Source: Candidatus Saccharimonas aalborgensis
Lineage (GTDB): Bacteria; Patescibacteriota; Saccharimonadia; Saccharimonadales; Saccharimonadaceae
Length of the DNA: 32,000 bases
Assembly (NCBI RefSeq): GCF_000392435.1
Contig: NC_021219.1
Span: 660,001 to 692,000, forward strand
Direction: 5' to 3'
Below the pieces are notes generated by a model that saw only the letters and a program-made list of their open reading frames with translations, did no database searches and was not told where the DNA came from. Shown one piece after another: positions 25,710 to 32,000 of this stretch. Numbering within the stretch: the stretch's first letter is position 1; every line of letters begins with the position of its first letter. The position numbers and the translations under genes are program-made.

Positions 25710-25848
25710 GGCGTCACCTGTTGTATGTTTATATTTAGGAATCATATACTTCTTTCGTGTGTATTTTAGCATAAGAAATATGTTCAAGACAATACCTTGA
25801 ATGAACAATTTTTTTTATGGTATAATGGAGCTATTGTAAAACAGCTGA

Positions 25849-27846
<1,998 letters not shown>

Positions 27847-27855
27847 AGGTGAAAT

Positions 27856-30387
27856 ATGGAAGACGACATGACGACAAATGTACCAACAAGTGACGATGAT
27901 ATGAGCCTTGATACTCCTGCTGAAGTGGCAGGCATCGAGCATCGAACTATTGAAAAGGTAATGGAGGACAGCTTCTTCCGTTACTCGATGAGCGTGATTA
28001 TTGACCGCGCACTGCCAGATGTGCGTGATGGATTAAAGCCAGTTCATCGCCGCATTCTTTATTCTATGAATGTCAATAACAACCGATCGACCGCAAAGTT
28101 CGTGAAAAGTGCGCTTATCGTCGGTGATGTTATGGGAAAATACCATCCGCATGGCGATAGCGCCATCTATAACGCGATGGTCCGCCTTGCACAACCATGG
28201 TCACTTCGCTACCCACTCATTCAGGGACAGGGAAACTTTGGTTCAATGGATGGCGACGAACCAGCAGCGATGCGTTATACAGAAGCGCGTATGGCGAAGC
28301 TTGCCGATGAGATACTCGTAGACATTGATAAAGAGACGATCGATTTTCGCGACAACTACGATGGCTCACGCCAGGAGCCAGTTGTGCTGCCCGCGAAAGT
28401 TCCGAACCTACTGCTAAATGGCCAGATTGGTATTGCCGTGGGCATGGCGACAAATATCCCTTCGCACAACCTTAGTGAGCTTGTTGATGCCACGGTTGAG
28501 CTGATCGATAATGATCAAGCTACAACAGATGATCTGCTAAAACATGTTAAAGGCCCTGATTTCCCAACTGGAGCGACAATTTATGGTGGCGCGCCTATGC
28601 GCCAAGCGTACCAGACGGGGCGAGGCAGTGTGATGATGCGCGCTGTGGCAGATATTGTCGAGACGAAAAAAGGTAGGCACCGGATAGTGGTTACAGAGGT
28701 TCCTTATGGTGTCAACAAAGCTTCTCTCATCGAAAAGATTGCTGAGCTAGTCAAAGATAAAAAGTTAAATGGAATTAGCGACCTTCGAGATGAAAGTGCT
28801 CGCGGTGCAGTGCGGGTTGTTATTGAGCTCAAGAAAGACGCTTACCCTAAGAAGTTACTCAATCAGCTTTACAAGCTAACGCCGCTCCAGACGAGTTTTA
28901 ACTTCAACATGCTTGCGTTGATCGATGGCGTACAGCCTCGCATCTTAGGCCTTAAAGAAATGCTCGAAGAGTTTGTAAAGCATCGACAGCATGTCGTGCG
29001 CCGGCGCACCGAATATGAGCTTCGTAAGGCACGTGAGCGTGCACACATTCTGGAAGGTTACAAGATAGCGCTTGACCACATAGATGAAGTGATCAAGACA
29101 ATCCGTGCTAGTAAAACTCAGGATGAGGCTGAAAAGGCCTTGATCGCCAAGTTTGAGCTAACTGAAATACAAGCTAAGGCAATACTTGCAATGCAACTCC
29201 GCCGACTCACGGGACTTGAACGAGAAGCAATTGAGAATGAACTGACAGAACTATTAACCATGATTAAGCGCTTCGAAGAAATCTTGGCTGACGAGAAAGA
29301 AATTCTCGCGATCATAAAATCAGAACTGCTTGAAATGAAAGATAAGTACGGTGATGAACGTCGTAGTAAAATTATCAACCATGAGCTTGGTAAGTTTAGT
29401 GACGAGGAATTAATCCCCGAAGAGGAAGCAGTTGTGCTTTTGACAACAGAAAACTACATTAAGCGTACACTACTCACAGAGTATCGTCGTCAGCATAGGG
29501 GCGGTAAGGGCAAGCGCGGTATGACAACAAAGGAAGAAGATGTCATTGCCCAACTCGTATCGGCAAGCACGCATGATTGGTTGTTGTTCTTCACGAACAA
29601 AGGGCGAGTATTCCGTCTTAAGGCGTATGAAGTTCCAGCAGCAAGTTTGGCGGCAAAAGGTGTAGCAGCGGTAAACTTACTCCAGCTTCAGCCGGAAGAG
29701 AAAATCACTTCAATTATCAATCATGCCAAAGATGCTCCAGATGACGGCTATCTCTTTATGGCGACGACAAAAGGTACTGTTAAGAAAACACCGCTTAAAG
29801 ACTACGCAAATATTCGCACTAACGGACTTATCACTATCAAACTGGATGATGGGGATGAACTGCGATGGATCAAACAAACATCGGGTGAGAATGATGTTGT
29901 GATATCCACATCAGCCGGGCAGGCAGTGAGGTTTAACGAGTCCGAGTGTCGACCAATGGGACGTGCCGCAAGAGGTGTACGAGGTGTCAGGCTTAGGCCA
30001 AATGACATAGTTGTAGGTATGGATGTGGTCACCGTTAGTGAACAAACGCTGCTCGTCATCAGTCAAAACGGGTACGGAAAGATTACAAAAGTGGCAAACT
30101 TTCCGAGCCATAAGCGGGGAGGGGTGGGAATAAAAGCCGCTGTTGTAACAAATAAAACGGGACCTATTATCACTGTTCAAACACTAGAAGCAGGAGCGAA
30201 TGAAGCACTACTCATTAGTCAGGGTGGACAGACGATCCGTGTTTTGTTAAGTGATATCCCGACACTTGGTCGAACTACACAGGGAGTGCGTATAATGCGC
30301 TTGTCCGAAGGGGATGCTGTTTCTTCAATCGGCATTATGCAAGAAACCGAACTGTCTCTCGATGGAGATCAAGAGGAGAAGGGATAA
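27856..30387 (+). CDS. gyrA: DNA gyrase subunit A
   Basis: [29 protein letters not shown]; [40 protein letters not shown]; QRRGGKGKR-like GyrA box (RGGKGKRG). Confidence 0.97.
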   Translation: MEDDMTTNVPTSDDDMSLDTPAEVAGIEHRTIEKVMEDSFFRYSMSVIIDRALPDVRDGLKPVHRRILYSMNVNNNRSTAKFVKSALIVGDVMGKYHPHGDSAIYNAMVRLAQPWSLRYPLIQGQGNFGSMDGDEPAAMRYTEARMAKLADEILVDIDKETIDFRDNYDGSRQEPVVLPAKVPNLLLNGQIGIAVGMATNIPSHNLSELVDATVELIDNDQATTDDLLKHVKGPDFPTGATIYGGAPMRQAYQTGRGSVMMRAVADIVETKKGRHRIVVTEVPYGVNKASLIEKIAELVKDKKLNGISDLRDESARGAVRVVIELKKDAYPKKLLNQLYKLTPLQTSFNFNMLALIDGVQPRILGLKEMLEEFVKHRQHVVRRRTEYELRKARERAHILEGYKIALDHIDEVIKTIRASKTQDEAEKALIAKFELTEIQAKAILAMQLRRLTGLEREAIENELTELLTMIKRFEEILADEKEILAIIKSELLEMKDKYGDERRSKIINHELGKFSDEELIPEEEAVVLLTTENYIKRTLLTEYRRQHRGGKGKRGMTTKEEDVIAQLVSASTHDWLLFFTNKGRVFRLKAYEVPAASLAAKGVAAVNLLQLQPEEKITSIINHAKDAPDDGYLFMATTKGTVKKTPLKDYANIRTNGLITIKLDDGDELRWIKQTSGENDVVISTSAGQAVRFNESECRPMGRAARGVRGVRLRPNDIVVGMDVVTVSEQTLLVISQNGYGKITKVANFPSHKRGGVGIKAAVVTNKTGPIITVQTLEAGANEALLISQGGQTIRVLLSDIPTLGRTTQGVRIMRLSEGDAVSSIGIMQETELSLDGDQEEKG

Positions 30388-30393
30388 GCCTAT

Positions 30394-30828
30394 ATGGAAC
30401 AAGTCATCTCACCATATATACTCGCCATCATCGCTGCATGGGTGCTGGCACATATCATAAAATACGGCATCGCCTGGCTTAAGGGGAAGCAGCTCGATCT
30501 AACCCACCAGCTCTTTATCTCAGGTGGTATGCCGAGTTCACATGCTGCTACTTCAGTTGCGGTTTGGACTGTTGTCCTGCTGAAGGAAGGGTACCGCTCG
30601 GCGATTTTTGGATTAGCTACGCTGGTGGTACTAATCGTATGCTATGACGCTGTAAAGGTACGGCGTTCAGTTGGTGAACAGGGGAATGCAATCCAAGAGA
30701 TCATCAAGAAAACAAATATCAAGGTAAACGTACCTCGTTCAGCTCAAGGTCATACCCCGCTTGAAGTAATCGCAGGGTCTTTGTTGGGCTGCGTTATTGG
30801 GGTGCTCGTGTTTGTCTTTACAAAATAA
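30394..30828 (+). CDS. DUF212/divergent PAP2-family membrane protein
   Basis: GGMPSSHAATSVAVWTVV; VIVCYDAVKVRRSVGEQGNAIQEI; RSAQGHTPLEVIAGSLLGCVIGVLVF. Confidence 0.9.
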   Translation: MEQVISPYILAIIAAWVLAHIIKYGIAWLKGKQLDLTHQLFISGGMPSSHAATSVAVWTVVLLKEGYRSAIFGLATLVVLIVCYDAVKVRRSVGEQGNAIQEIIKKTNIKVNVPRSAQGHTPLEVIAGSLLGCVIGVLVFVFTK

Positions 30829-31019
30829 GATATAAAACACTCTTGACGCGATATGCTATCTGCGATATGATGGTTTGAGTCTGGTCGTGGGTAAGCGATA
30901 AACAACTAATGGAGTTGAACAGATGCGAGAGTTATTTAACAATTTGGTTGTGCAATAATCATCGTCAGTCTATTTTGAGTAGACGCTTCTTTTTTATCTG
31001 AGATAAAGCAGAAGCATCT

Positions 31020-32000
<981 letters not shown>

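Noticed and set aside
25710-25808. N-terminal extension of the LPxTG-like protein
   Set aside because: A promoter-like TAAAAT box lies within it and the signal-like peptide begins at M (25709).
28217-28453. Minus-strand ORFs within gyrA/gyrB (e.g. 26858-27211, 28217-28453)
   Set aside because: Antisense to highly conserved gyrase coding sequence; typical chance ORFs.

Overview
This window looks like ordinary core genome from a Saccharibacteria (TM7)/Patescibacteria relative. The basis is the 5' ~980 nt of 16S rRNA at the right edge, the gene content, and a VirD4/TraD-like ATPase of the type seen in CPR genomes. Recognisable genes: xer recombinase, uppP, ndk, PH-domain protein, SurA-N-like protein, SOD, NUDIX, GT2 glycosyltransferase, thrS, ATL (MGMT-like), miaA, wHTH regulator, MBL-fold protein, rpmB, M50 protease, infC-rpmI-rplT, comM, a secretion/DNA-translocation-like ATPase cluster, an LPxTG-like surface protein, gyrB, gyrA and a DUF212/PAP2-like protein. 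RNA genes: five tRNAs (Arg-CCT, Asp-GTC, Thr-CGT, Val-GAC, Pro-GGG), RNase P RNA, tmRNA and partial 16S rRNA. I see no CRISPR array, transposon or obvious defence island. The most interesting signals are regulatory or RNA-level: (1) a probable T-box upstream of thrS whose UGGAACC bulge matches the tRNA-Thr U73-CCA end and whose AACCUCC can pair exactly with the thrS Shine-Dalgarno, suggesting translational control; (2) infC with no ATG/GTG/TTG start before an in-frame stop and a well-placed SD in front of AUC; (3) several genes whose -10 boxes predict leaderless or 1-3 nt leaders, including an unannotated 42-aa ORF with a near-consensus promoter; (4) a tmRNA with an apparently non-canonical T-loop and a predicted 19-aa tag; (5) an unassigned ~146-nt candidate structured RNA before tRNA-Pro/rnpB; (6) a large noncoding, hairpin-rich gap after tmRNA. 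All assignments come from reading the sequence by eye; no database search was run.
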